This document shows, piece after piece, positions 14,601 through 27,272 of a DNA stretch of 64,000 nt. Within the stretch, counting starts at the first letter, position 1. Each line of letters opens with the position of its first letter. The DNA is taken from contig JBDOQK010000040.1 of assembly GCA_040437565.1 (NCBI GenBank), positions 1 through 64,000 of the forward strand, written 5' to 3'. The notes beneath the pieces are model-generated. The model was not told the origin of the DNA, searched no databases, and was given only the letters and a program-made list of their open reading frames with translations. Made by a program: the position numbers and the translations under genes. The DNA comes from Albugo candida (lineage: Eukaryota).

Positions 14601-17600
14601 TGATTCCAGAAGATATCCGGACGTGAACGCAATAAGCCTATATGGAGATATTCCGAGAGGCGATGAAGAAGACGCTGGATGTTCTCGTTGCGATCCGATT
14701 TCTGCATTTTACGTATGTGCTCGAGTACATCATCGCGGACGGCACCAGGTATATACAGCGGGCTCATTTTTGTATGGCAGACAACAGCTGAACACGCGAT
14801 CTATAGGAGAAGACATGATGGATCTGCTGGGATTGAGATTCTAAAGTACATTGCTGAGAAAAAAGTCTGCACGCACAAGATCCGTGAAGAGTTTTGCACT
14901 ACAATTATCATTGAGTAAGTGGAATTCCGTGCTGTTATCACCATGCTGCAGATGTTGTAGCACACTGTCGGCATCGTTGACAATGATAAGATTGTTAGCT
15001 ATTGCAAGCGTTGCGTTCTTCTCATTCATGGTGTCTTAACATTTAATCGTATCGCACATGTAGTACACGTACAGTGGATGAAATGGGTCGACGCCTGTTT
15101 CAAAGTATTTAGTGACCACAAGAATCAAATAGAATAGGTAGAGCTCAGCAAGGAACCAGGGGCATTCAGCCACATGTACAATTCACTTCCAATCAGCTTG
15201 CTTAGATAGGTCGCATGGTATAAGTAAATTAGAAAGTAGAGAGTCTTGCTGCATCTCAATTGTTACTTCTACAAGCAATTGACACTGTTTCGGCGACAGA
15301 TGAGGTCTATTACTTTCAATCATTCGTATGACCAATTCAAGAAGCCTTCTTCGGAAACAATCGTGGGCAAAAGTGCATTTACGAGTTGTTAAGATCAACT
15401 CATATCGCTGCAATCAACTTGAGCATTCAGAGCTAATGTTCATCATCCACAGCAAGTACTATGTGTTCTCTATTAGTGCTCGGTGTCAACATATCGACAG
15501 CACGGATGGCGATGAAGCGAGCAAATGGCGTGATACTGCAGCGTCGGCGAATTGCAGACATGACAAAAAATGTCTCAATATTTCAGATCATCTTACATGT
15601 ATTGACAAGAAACCTTGGTCACATACACAGTCCGACGTCGACACGATAACATTCTGTAAAACCTCTGAGTAATTATAACCTCGCTATTCTTTTCCACGTA
15701 TGATATTCTTCTCAAGCAGCGCGAATTCCTGCTCTGCCGATGCTCGAGACAAGCAACAACTCTGGCGCGTATAAGTCTATTCTCATCGAAATCCGATTCG
15801 AGTAAGCCGATCGGTCATGGGGTACATGCAAACGATAGTAGCTAGAAAAGTGCGTGACTGTAGCATACTATACATGGACAAGGTGGTCAATGTGGAATAG
15901 AAGTAGGGAGGTCAGCTGAGTAGAAGCGAACTGAAAGGTGATATATAACGCTTCCTCTGCCACTTCGTGAAGCGCCGACCGATCCGGCAACTGTCTGCAT
16001 GTCTGGCTAAGTGGAAAAACGTAAGAAGGTCGAATTTGGTTAAATTCACAAATGAGTTTGCAGATATTATGTGTGCAAGTGTACAGCAGGTGATGAAGAG
16101 GAAGCAGGGAAGGGTCTACGGCTGAGTTAGCACGACGTTTCCGTTCGAAGGATCATTCTTTATAGACCGTCGACGACTGGAGTATTATCCGGTACATCAC
16201 CGACGATCTATGTGGAACCCCCATTTGAGGTACAGGCCAGTACGATCTATCAAAATTTACAAACGAATATCACACGATTCATGTGCGTGAAGAAATGAAG
16301 CACACTTGTCGCACAAAGTATGGCGATTCAGTTATGTTGCACCCATCGCAAACACATTGGATCGGTAATGTGGCTGCCGTCTCTGTAGCGAATTATCGGA
16401 TCTGACGCATCAACAACGTTTGGTGGAGAGTAGCCAAATAGCGTACTCATCGCACACTCCAGGTTAGATGACTGCTGTCATATCCTGGGCATGTGCTTTT
16501 TGCCGGTCGTCAATCGCTTTCATTTTGTCGGAAACCACGCCAAAAGATCGACCGTAAAAGTGTGTAAGAAAGAAAGTCGACTAGCGAAAATCTCACCTAT
16601 CTCAGAAAGATCGTATCGAAATGTATCATGCGCCTAGCCAGCCCTTCGCCGTTTTGGTTCGGATTCGATGATTCGATCATGCGTTGACCGAATTGAATAA
16701 TTTCATGGTTACATTACCCAGTAGTTCTGGAGAATTTTGGCCGAAAGCATATAATCAATTGCAATCATATTAGATTACAGGGAGGGCTATCGATGAATAG
16801 ACCAAGCGATTTGAGCCAATGGTGGATAGAAAGCCGAACAATCGGTGATACATGAAGGACTCTCACAGTGTTGGGTGTATGGTTCGACCGGTGCTCACCG
16901 TATGCCACGTTTCAACCTGTGCAACAACTTGAACTAGGTTTCGTACAGCGGTAAAGAAGACGCAAAATACTATCGGGGACCATCCATTTTCATCTGTTCT
17001 TGCGAGGATACGTTCGATTCTTGAAGTAGAAGAGACAAATCCGTGATTTGGGTCATGAGGCAGGACAGGTAGTCCGACGTTTTTGGACATAGATAGAATT
17101 AGCAACAAAATTCGACTTATAATCATCACGAGTAGCTCCAAAAATCGATGGGATCAATGCGCACTCCTTCATATCTACTATTTCCAGAACAAGGTACCTT
17201 CATGGGAAAAAATGCAAATAGCTGCTAGTGATCGTCCGTTGTTAGCTCTTCTACAGATTCTCCGCTCGTTGAGGGCTGTTCATCAATAACAATACCCACA
17301 CCAATGGATAGAACGTTGCCGGTCTTCTTAAGTTGGATTTCTTTGACTTCCAGACCCTTCAACCCAGCACTCATACATCATCATGAACGCCGACTTTAGT
17401 CAAATCTGGGTTATAAGCATGGAATTCCAAATCACATCTTTCATCCACATAAAAAGTAGTGCCTTTTTCCCCTCGAACTAGTCCAGAAAGAGCTTTGGTG
17501 TATTTCATTTGAGCATGCTCATGATATTTGTATCAAACGTTTTGAAGGAAACATGTCAATTCAGATCAGAACCTGATGGGTTTAATCTCGTTACTGGAAG

Positions 17601-19705
17601 CACATTTGCACCAAACATACTGATGCTCTATTCGGAGTGACATTAGTGGTGCAAACTGTTTAAGGAGCGTCCTACCTGAAGAAAAAAGTCATGCAGTCTA
17701 CGCTTACTATGTTTGGTAAAAGAAGAATTAACCTCTCGAACGTAAGCGCTTTAAAATCCCAATCAGCTTGAATTATTGGCGCGCAATGAATCAAGTACTA
17801 GATTGCAACAAAGGCGCATCTGAAACTTACAATCTGGTCCGCTTTCGAGATAAATATATCTTACATCACATCGAGTACGATCTATTGCTGAAGTTGTAAA
17901 TACGTCATTTATATAGCAGCAATGCAGGTGCTCGTCCTCGAACGGTGACATACCATCTACTGAGAGACGGGTTCTTGATTGTTTGATTGATTGATGAGAC
18001 AATAGAAAAATCTCTATTTACGGCCGGTTTTGTCCCTTGGAACCGAAATCCAACATTGCTGTACTTCTTTCTTTCTCTATTCACAAGAGAATAAAATTGG
18101 CAAGCAAGCACCAGACTTTGTAGAACACTGTGTATTGGCTTTTGTTTTGCAACATAGTCTCATATCTGTGCAACGTTTTGAAAAACGCGGACAACTAAAT
18201 TGAGTTGAGGAGTCAGAATTCTGATAAAGTTCACACTCTTTTATTCCTTCACTTATACGACCAACGGATGAATCACGGCGGTTGCTTACTGAACTGAGCA
18301 CGAACAAACAATTATTGATATTATTGCTCTTTACCTCACGTGGCTAGGATGCGGTATGAACTCGGCGCGGCCAACACAGCACTAATTTTTTCACCGCCAT
18401 TCTCATCAATCAGAAAAGATTCTTGAAGCACTTGACATGGGAGAGAAAGGCATAGTGGATGTGTCGATTAGACATCTCGTGCAGCCAGTTCGTAATAAGT
18501 ATCAGAGGACTAGATGTATGGATTATAGGTATGGAAGACCATCTTTAGGAATGGAGGATCCCGAATGATAGTACAACTTGGACTGGCAGTTAAAGATCAT
18601 TGTGCACAAATCAGATGGTGCTCATTATGAAGGCAGATATATCTTATATTCAACGTAGGCAATAACGAGATGAGAAAATGTAATCACGCCGAATCATCGA
18701 CCAGTTCATTCCAAGAAAAAGCTTATCTTTCAACAGCACAAAATGCCTCATTCGAGTGCATGAGAATTATGTTCGGTTCGTCCAAAGCCGAGCACCTTTG
18801 CTCTTGACTCTTTATAAAACCTGCTTTGTCGTCGAGATCTCATAAATGTTAGACGTGCTACAGAAGTGCCCTTTAGGACAGCGTAGCATAGTTTTTTTAG
18901 AAAAAGTGATGGGTTCATATACCGCTTCGATACGCATACACTTGATAAGTTAGGTGCACTGCTCGTGTGACTAGCGCGAATTTGATAAACATTCTGCTTG
19001 GGAATCCGGCAGACTATTTATCGCATTGGCTCTATGCTCGTTCAAGACTCATCAAGTCTAGAGCCTTACATAGATGTAGCGTATTGCACAAACGGAATCC
19101 AACACAGCTTTGTCATCGATTACGATTAGCGTCTATTGAAAACTGAAATGGTAGACGAGTGAGCTGGTCGCTTTGTTTGATGTTGCTGCATCGTAGATGG
19201 TTTTGTGTTACCACATCCACGACAATTCGAAGATTGCGCGGGTAGAGAGGAAGCTGGAGTATAGAGAACTAAGTGAGGTTGGTGTTCCCACGTTCTTAAG
19301 GTGCTGGACTCGCATCAGATGTTTAGGAAGCTCGGGATCAGACTGACGGTGAGCAATTGTGCCACAATCCTAGACTACAAACTTTAAGGGGAAATGGAGC
19401 ATGCCATATATCTTCAGTGTTCGACCATACGTCATTGTGGCGTTCGGAGTGCTTCGGCATCAAGACAGATCTGATATGGCTCGAAGATGGTTTATCTTCC
19501 CATTGCGGAATGAGACGGGCTTTGTCGACATTGTCAAGTCTACAGAAGTTTGGTGAATAAAAGACTGGTGAATGCTAATAGCTGTATAAGTCAATGACAC
19601 GAGTACAAGAACATGGTGCGCGAAGCTCCACTTACACTTGCCAGGATAGCGCCTTTTTTCATAGAAGACCGTACGGCGATTCAATAAAGAGAAATGATGC
19701 TATAT

Positions 19706-20449
19706 TTACTTTTTGGTTAAATCCTCTGCGGGATATCGAATCATATATATTGCACCACTCCCCCTTTCGGTTCTGATAAACTTGATGCTCAAATCCTTTA
19801 TGAGCTTTGGTCCAATCTTGATGGCGTTGGTATCCTCCCCAGTGAAAGCAATCCGAGAGAGCGGGATGGACAGTGTTCGGAGTAAAGATGTTTCGTCAAA
19901 ACCGTACATCAGTTGTACAATCCCCCTATCATTTTGTTCAGACTCACTAAGGAAGTGAGCTGGTATTTGTATATCGCGATACATTCCTTCATCGAAAACG
20001 AAACGAGTTGGCACAACTCTAACTGTTCCGGAAATCTTCCACGTTGTTTTAGAAAGATACCATGTGTTTTTGAATTCAGACTTAGCTTTCACGTCAACTA
20101 CTCTCTCTGCATACTGACTGTGTGTATCATCAGGAGAGTTCCATTCAATCTCAATCGTCACTTTATAGCTCTCGATTTCTTTAGTATTTTCACTTTCAAC
20201 TGGGTCAGCGGTCTTAACGTGAAAATGGAAAAGTTCAAGCGCCTCCTTTTTTTTTTGACACGGTTTGAGCTCGATTTTGTCGCGTTTCTCTCCAGCACAT
20301 TCCGAGTATCTGTCAGTGTACGTGTCGAAAGAAATTAAAGTACCCTTTTCCTTCAGGATTGGTGGGTATTTACATGTAGTTGTGAGATGTGATTGGATAA
20401 AAACGATAGCTTGCGAAAAGATGCATAGCTGGCTGCGTGATATCTTCAT
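19706..20449 (-). CDS. Putative secreted protein / candidate effector, 247 aa
   Basis: Intact intronless ORF; N-terminus MKISRSQLCIFSQAIVFIQSH resembles a signal peptide shared across the family; INR+FPR upstream; paralog at 4859-5641. Confidence 0.8.
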   Translation of the reverse strand: MKISRSQLCIFSQAIVFIQSHLTTTCKYPPILKEKGTLISFDTYTDRYSECAGEKRDKIELKPCQKKKEALELFHFHVKTADPVESENTKEIESYKVTIEIEWNSPDDTHSQYAERVVDVKAKSEFKNTWYLSKTTWKISGTVRVVPTRFVFDEGMYRDIQIPAHFLSESEQNDRGIVQLMYGFDETSLLRTLSIPLSRIAFTGEDTNAIKIGPKLIKDLSIKFIRTERGSGAIYMIRYPAEDLTKK

Positions 20450-20473
20450 ATTGTTTCGTAATGACGAGACAAA

Positions 20474-20489
20474 GTAAATTCGTGAATGA
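20474..20489 (-). promoter_or_regulatory. Oomycete-type INR+FPR core promoter
   Basis: Minus strand TCATTCACGAATTTAC, 24 nt upstream of ATG 20449. Confidence 0.7.
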
Positions 20490-20857
20490 AAAGATGCTCA
20501 ACAGTTTTTCTTCATATTTACTATTGGAACACGTGTACATGATTGTTTGGCTCCGGCCAATTCCGGAATTAACTAAGAACTTGGTAATGAATTAACAAGT
20601 CGGGCAAGTGTTGTCAATGTCGTCGTCGTTTGTGATACCAACATCAACCCTCTTTACAGCGCATCGCACTTCTATTTATTATTTTCCCAAGGATATCAAA
20701 TATCGACTTATTGATAGTATATTAATTGACATGTCTGGCGCCTGAATTACTTGTCCTGTCATGTAGCAGTGTGAAGCTGTCGAATTAGATTGAATTGATC
20801 TGAAGGCTTGTAGATCATTCTATATATAGATGTAATATACTATGATGGTTAAAGTCA

Positions 20858-21166
20858 GGTGAATTGATGCGGACGCCACACAAAAGTCAAATGAAACAGA
20901 AACGTTGCCCTGCGTCTTGTTGCGCAAGCGCGTCATATTCGATATATTGCGTTTGAGGTGAATTGATGCAGACGCCATACAAAAGTCAAGTGAAACAGAA
21001 CCGTTGCCCTGCGTCTTGTTGCGCAAACGCGTCATGTTCGATATATTGCGTTTGAGGTGAATTGATGCAGACAGCATACAACAGTCAAGTGAAACAGAAC
21101 CGTTGCCCTGCGTCTTGTTGCGCAAGCACGTCACATTCGATATATTGCGTTTGAGGTGAATTGATG
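20858..21166. repeat. 99-bp tandem repeat array (>=3 units, truncated by N gap)
   Basis: GAATTGATGC at 20861, 20960, 21059 and 21158; unit contains GAAACAGAAACGTTGCCCTGCGTCTTGTTGCGCAAG. Confidence 0.95.
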
Positions 21167-21266
21167 NNNNNNNNNNNNNNNNNNNNNNNNNNNNNNNNNN
21201 NNNNNNNNNNNNNNNNNNNNNNNNNNNNNNNNNNNNNNNNNNNNNNNNNNNNNNNNNNNNNNNNNN

Positions 21267-21830
21267 GCTCAGACAACCTTCAGACGATTACTCAGACTCA
21301 GATGAGAAAGAATCAGACTCAGAAATATACTCAGTTGGAAGTCTCATGGAGACATCCCCACCCCAATTTTCTGTCGACAATGTTGCATTCATTTGTTATC
21401 GGTATCCTTCTAGCGAGCGTAGGCTTTGTGCTCTCGGGACTGAAGTCAAAACCTGGCGAGTATGAAGCTGTATCGAGTATATCGTGGATGGAAAGGTCTC
21501 AGGCTTCCAATCGGCTACGACCAGTTCAACACGGAAGCAAGTGTGTGAGTCAATGAACAAAGGAACACGTTTGATCGATTCGTATGACGCGGAAAAGCCT
21601 CAGACATTGTCAGTCTTCCTAGTACGTGAACCCGATATTCACTTCATGATGCGAGATGGTCGAATATTTCAAATGGCGAGGAGCAAACCATGACGCGTAC
21701 CTGAAAAAGAAAAGGGATCTTTTCGTGTAATTGGTTCTGGGGCTCAAGACACGTCAACGGTAAATCACTGCACGTCTCGACATATACTCTATACTAAGTC
21801 CATCAAAGAATTGCAGTGGAGAGATGCATC
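21267..21830. repeat. Near-identical duplicate of 28635-29072
   Basis: GCTCAGACAACCTTCAGACG... through ...GAGATGCATC in both copies, with a few SNPs; the second copy is interrupted by a gap. Confidence 0.9.
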
Positions 21831-24800
21831 TGACCTGGAGACATACTCAGCCCGGTCCTACTCATATCTCAGCCCTTTAAACAATTACTGCTACCTTCCC
21901 TGCCGATATCAAGGTTTACCGGCAGCAGCCACATAATAGGACGAATAAAGATGATGCTGTATGCACACGATTTAGCCTCGATAGAATACCAGGAGGATCT
22001 TGCAATGCGTTTGATGCGTGAGGTCAAACACGAGATTCAATGTACGGAAGTACTTCCAAAAGCGTCTCTCCCATGTAAAGCTCTCGGCTTATCACACTCA
22101 AACCCTGAAAATCCTTTTCAAAGTTGCCAAACAAGCATCATCACCACCTCGAGATCGATGATGAGTAAATGCAGCGTCCAAAATTTGCACGTCTTTCAAA
22201 ATCACAAGATGGTACTTTATATGAGTTCTTTGAATTGTATTCTTGGCTTTCTTGAGATCGGATACACAGGAGAACGGAAATTTGAGCATACACCAGTTTG
22301 ACACATCGTAATAGCCACAAATACTTTGAAGAGACTATGATTAGACAAGCCAGCTTGTACGTTCGGCATGCGCACAACATTGTATCCGTAAGATGATAAG
22401 CGATCAAGCCCCATCACCGGATGATGCTTTCTTTTCGTAGTGGTTTGCATGTTATCCGTCTCTCCGAAGCATGAAGGTGTAACGTTTCTTTTTACCTTCT
22501 TAATGCGACATCTGGACAAAACATATCTGATGATCCATCGGAAAAAAAAAGACAATCATCTTTAGTTGTAAATTATAAGCAGAGGCATTGTGGTTTGTCA
22601 CGTCGCCAATACGGAGGCAATCAATGAAAATACACCACGTCTAGAGGGTTTTGATACTATTCAGGATGAATAATGCGGTAGAGAGGTTCAATTGAAGCTT
22701 CGGCACGAGATCATACAATGTCAGCATCATCGACAATGATGTTTGTCATCAGAAGTATGATGTCGATATACCCACTGAAATCTATTTCAAGCGGTCAGGA
22801 ACACTGGGGAAGGTAGGCACATTATGCCGTCAAATCTCAAACTAGTCCCGCTATGGAGAAAAAATTGTCATCTACCATGAACAAACATGATTTATGCAAC
22901 GGAACCATAAAAGAAAATGCAATCATGTAGCCCATATTTCAACGAAAGGGCTAGAGTATATAAAATGCAATCATAATTGATCCGAACAACGAAGAAGTGA
23001 CAGCTTGGAATACTGTGAATGAAAGCGAGAAGAGAATACAGCGAGACGTTCCATTGCAAATAGAACTGGACTCTCAAGAATTCCAACAGAACAGACTATC
23101 CTCCAAGTTCTGGCTTGAGCCCATGTGTACTGTCTATGATAAGGGCATGCATATGCAAAGTGCTGCTCTTACTTGTCAATTAAAAATCCTCAAATATTCC
23201 ACAGAAAACAACGATTTGTAAGAGGGACAAAGTCCGTCCGAAATGCTGGCAATTACAAATCAGTACTAACGCAGGGCCGCAATTCCATAATTGCTACGCC
23301 ACCAAATTACCAAATGATCAAGAAATTGATGTGAATCGCATGCAAGATTCACAGAGTATCATCTTACAATGTCTTCGCATCGACGGCCGTTGATCTATTT
23401 TTCTGTGGCTACAGATCGTTCCTTGTGCTTTACGTCTCTGCTTTCTATGGCTGATCGAAAGCAATCTCAAAAGTATCTTTAAAGTGAACTGAAATGAACT
23501 GCTAGAGTGCTCTGTTTGGCGGCATTTATCCTTCTCCAAACTAAAAGATGAGGTGAAGAAAGAAGATAGGGAAGCTCAGGTATATCATCATAAGTGCAAA
23601 AATAGTCTCGACAAGAATAGGTACAGTATTGTTAACGCAACATTCCAAAACAATGTGATCTATTTTCGATTCATCCGACTTCACCGAATCGACAAAAGCT
23701 GACGAGAGCGTTCCTTGAGTAGAAATTGCTCTTGTTGTATTCATAATCGGCTCCAAACCTCTTCTTTTGGTTTCATTCCAATAGCCTCGAGCGTATTTCT
23801 TCTCGACGCTATCGTTCCTCAGTAAATGATTTATCATAAAAGTCACCTACGAACAATACCCCGGTGATTATATGCCTGCGTCAGAACCAGAATTTAAGAT
23901 GTCAAACTAAGCGTCTGATTGTTCTGAACAAGATTTATACGGGAAGAACTAGCGATTCATTATATAATATCGTAGAATGGATCAAGCTAGGCCGTACTTT
24001 AGGAAGGATGAGGTGGAAGCAATGCAGGTGGTGTCTGAATCAGGGGTACGACTTCTTTTGCATTATGTTGAAAAGCAAGAGATGTCAGACGCTTTCAAGA
24101 ATATGTCGATTGATTGATTCCGAGAGACGAATGGTCAGCGAAACTGTATCAGATTCGATTCAAACCGCTTGCTGAGTATCATAATTGTGGAAAAAGTATA
24201 AACAATACCCGGCATGTTTCCAGAGACAGAAAGGTTGCAGGGCAAGGACGGTCGTCTCATCATCATATTGGATTCTTGTGAACATCATTATACTACTATG
24301 ATTGCGAATGAATTAGCATGTTACTTTCCTGGATTATTTGAGGCCTCTTACCGGAGTGAGCTGACGACGATATTTTATATTTCGAGAAAAATCCTTTCAT
24401 TTATTTAATTAGCACGTTTGCATCTTATTGGACAACTTCAGTCAAACTCGAATAAACTTTATCTGATAATGGTAGATGCTTGGAATGCAATATTTAATTT
24501 GGAAAGATATACATGCACATATATTATGTCGCCAAAGATTGCTCCTTGACCAAATGGAGCGCTTCATCACGAAGCATCAAGACCTCGAGATGTTCTCCTC
24601 ACCCCCCCACTACCAAGCTACTCGATGGACACTTTTTTCTGTGTCCTTGAATTAGTTGGGTTCATACGATGAGCTAATCGGTCATAAACATTTGCACCAT
24701 ATCAGTACCAAAACAATGTGCAGAACGCGCGTCGTCGTACCATACTGAACGCAGCATCTGGGAAAGATGATGAAGCTGTAGTAAACGTTCCGGCGTCGAT

Positions 24801-26065
24801 TGAGTAGAGTTCAATTGAAACATGCAATATAGCGCTTGAACTCTGCTACTTTGTGGTATATCGAATTGTCCCGCAACATTTTGTTTGTTAAAAGAACGGA
24901 AGAACGTGAGATGCACAGTCAAAGTTGGAGATGGCTACAAATATCATTAGAGAGATCATGAGTGCAGGTTTACGGCAGTCAATGCCGTAAAGCGAGGAAG
25001 GGGTCTTAAAGCAGATGGTACTGGTTCCCCTCAGAGAAGCACCTTGGTACACATTTGACGGCTGGGCGTGTTGTCTGAGACATCACCGAGACGTTTGAAG
25101 GACAGGAAGACAAGACCTATCAGAACACAGAATCGAATGTCCCTAATCCCATAGGCTTTGGGTGTCAACGAGAATAATTTCGTAGTTTATTGCATTGATC
25201 GCACAAAGAATGATCTCTTGTAGTGCGTCGAGCAAGGCACAAACACATCGGATCGGATGATGTAGCCGCAATCTATAATGGAGCATCAGATGTAGCTCTT
25301 TACCACAATCACAGATTGGCACATGCAGCACACACTGCGGATAAGATGTCTACAGACACATCGTGTTCACGTGCTTTCACTTAAAGGAGCATCGTACACG
25401 CCTTTTAAATCATTCCGCGTGACTGCTGGTCTCAACCGCATTCATTTGTAATATACCACGCCAACGAATCAACTAGAGATAATTAGCGATGGACAGGGTC
25501 AAGGGACACTTTATCGAGTTGAACGCACCAAAACGTGGCAGGAATGAAGTACCCGTGGGACCATGGCGCCGATTTTTTAGGTTTTTGTTAGAGCCTTGAT
25601 TTGAATCCGATTTATTGCTTTGTCAGTACGTTGTACGTCGGCGCGCTTGTACTGCATTAAGGATTACTTGAGGTCATTCCAGGGAATACGGGAAGTACTA
25701 TGGCTGAGTAGAAAAGACCAAGTCATCTGTACCAATGAATGGCATAGGAATATTTGGATGTTCAGATGATTTATATTCATCGGGGAACGACACGGACAAG
25801 ACTGACCGACCGTCTGAACACTCACCAAAAGTATGATAAAATGCTGTGCGAGTTGATCATTACTTATTGCCTGTCGCAAAAAGAGAAGAGTATGCGGTCT
25901 CTCAGACATCGTACGATTCAAACGCGTCGGTCTCTGAAGCAAAGTACCTAGTCTACATTAATTGTGACATGCATTTGAGAATCACAAAAACTGATAGAAA
26001 ATGGAAGGATCACAAGGTCGAATTTTGTTCATGTATTACTCTCAGTACCCTGGAGTTGATTGCAG

Positions 26066-26785
26066 TTAAAACTGATCTTGTAGACGCGTTATTAAGGTGC
26101 TTAAGTCAGAAACAGCATCAACGACACAAGTGCTATGTATGCCTTGCTCATTCCAGAATTCAATACCCAACTTCTGCATTTTATCATATCCAAAAGTGCA
26201 GATGTTTTCCGTCGTGGTTGAGGATATTTCTTCGTGCTCAACTTTAATCATATTTCCAGCATTTGATCCACCTATGAAAAATTTAATTTCCGATTTGTCA
26301 ACTGTAAACTCGGGAGGACACGTCACTCCTGTTTTGACGGGAGTAAACTTGATCATTTTTTGTTCGTATACTTTCTCGGACTGGATAGTGGCTATAAGCG
26401 GTAATGTCCATTCCTTAGAATATCCTTCTTCCACACAAATAGGTGCTTTGTGCAAATCTTTGTTTTTCTTCAACCACGTTGGTATTGCTGTACTCGATAA
26501 GAGGGTTAAGCTATTTTCACGATACATGATGCGGTAGCTATGACAATCTTTGAAGAACCTAGGTGTTTCTAAATTCTCTGTGATTGAATCCTTGTTCTGA
26601 TTATCATGTGTTTTGCAATTCCATATTTTACTCGTATCATGGCTAGTCGATGTAGAGGCTCCACCTGTTGTTTGCGTATTTGTGCAATGAATACCATTTT
26701 CTGGAATAGGACATTTCGCTGATGAATGAAGGATGTAGCACATAGCTTTGATTATCCAGTAAAACTGAGTTCGAGAAATTTGCAT
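26066..26785 (-). CDS. Putative secreted protein / candidate effector, 239 aa
   Basis: Intact ORF; MQISRTQFYWIIKAMCYILHSSAKCPIPENGIHC aligns with the ~44-kb gene along its full length; INR+FPR upstream. Confidence 0.85.
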   Translation of the reverse strand: MQISRTQFYWIIKAMCYILHSSAKCPIPENGIHCTNTQTTGGASTSTSHDTSKIWNCKTHDNQNKDSITENLETPRFFKDCHSYRIMYRENSLTLLSSTAIPTWLKKNKDLHKAPICVEEGYSKEWTLPLIATIQSEKVYEQKMIKFTPVKTGVTCPPEFTVDKSEIKFFIGGSNAGNMIKVEHEEISSTTTENICTFGYDKMQKLGIEFWNEQGIHSTCVVDAVSDLSTLITRLQDQF

Positions 26786-26810
26786 TGTAGTGAGACTTGT
26801 TTAGGACTGA

Positions 26811-26826
26811 GTGAATTTGAAAATGA
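26811..26826 (-). promoter_or_regulatory. Oomycete-type INR+FPR core promoter
   Basis: Minus strand TCATTTTCAAATTCAC, 25 nt upstream of ATG 26785. Confidence 0.7.
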
Positions 26827-26984
26827 GAGAAGATAGTGCATTCTTTGATTTTTGATATAAATGGCTGAGAACGCTTGTGAACATTTTGACGACAATGCAA
26901 TGGGTTCAGGGCTAGATGGCGTTGGAATGCTGGCATTATTCCCGGGAGACTTGCCGTATATTCTTCAAGAAGTGTTGCACTGTC

Positions 26985-27272
26985 TTCCGGCGCGTAAACA
27001 CGTCACAATCGATATATTGCGTTTGAGGTGAATTGATGCCGACAGCATACAAAAGTCAAATGAAACAGAAACGTTGCCCTGCGTCTTGTTGCGCAAGCAC
27101 GTCACATTCGATATATTGCGTTTGAGGTGATTGATGCGGACGCCATACAAAAGTCAAGTGAAACAGAAACGTTGCCCTGCGTCTTGTTGCGCAAGCACGT
27201 CACATTCGATATATTGCGTTTGAGGTGATTGATGCGGACGCCATACAAAAGTCAAGTGAAACAGAAACGTTG
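26985..27272. repeat. Second array of the same 98-99-bp tandem repeat (truncated by N gap)
   Basis: CGTCACATTCGATATATTGCGTTTGAGGTGA(A)TTGATGC units as at 20858-21166. Confidence 0.95.

Larger units (their letters stand above)
17550..20857. repeat. Segmental duplication, copy B (colinear with ~2680-6168)
   Basis: Same ordered shared blocks as copy A. Confidence 0.85.

Noticed and set aside
20858-21166. CRISPR-like array, or a 33-aa repeat protein (ORF 20820-21134)
   Set aside because: Units are contiguous with no unique spacers and no cas genes, in a eukaryotic context. The open frame follows from the 99-bp period and is broken by 98-bp units in the 27-kb array
24214-24408. ORC5/AAA Walker-B-like RLIIILDSCEH
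   Set aside because: Single short motif with no recognisable Walker A; insufficient support
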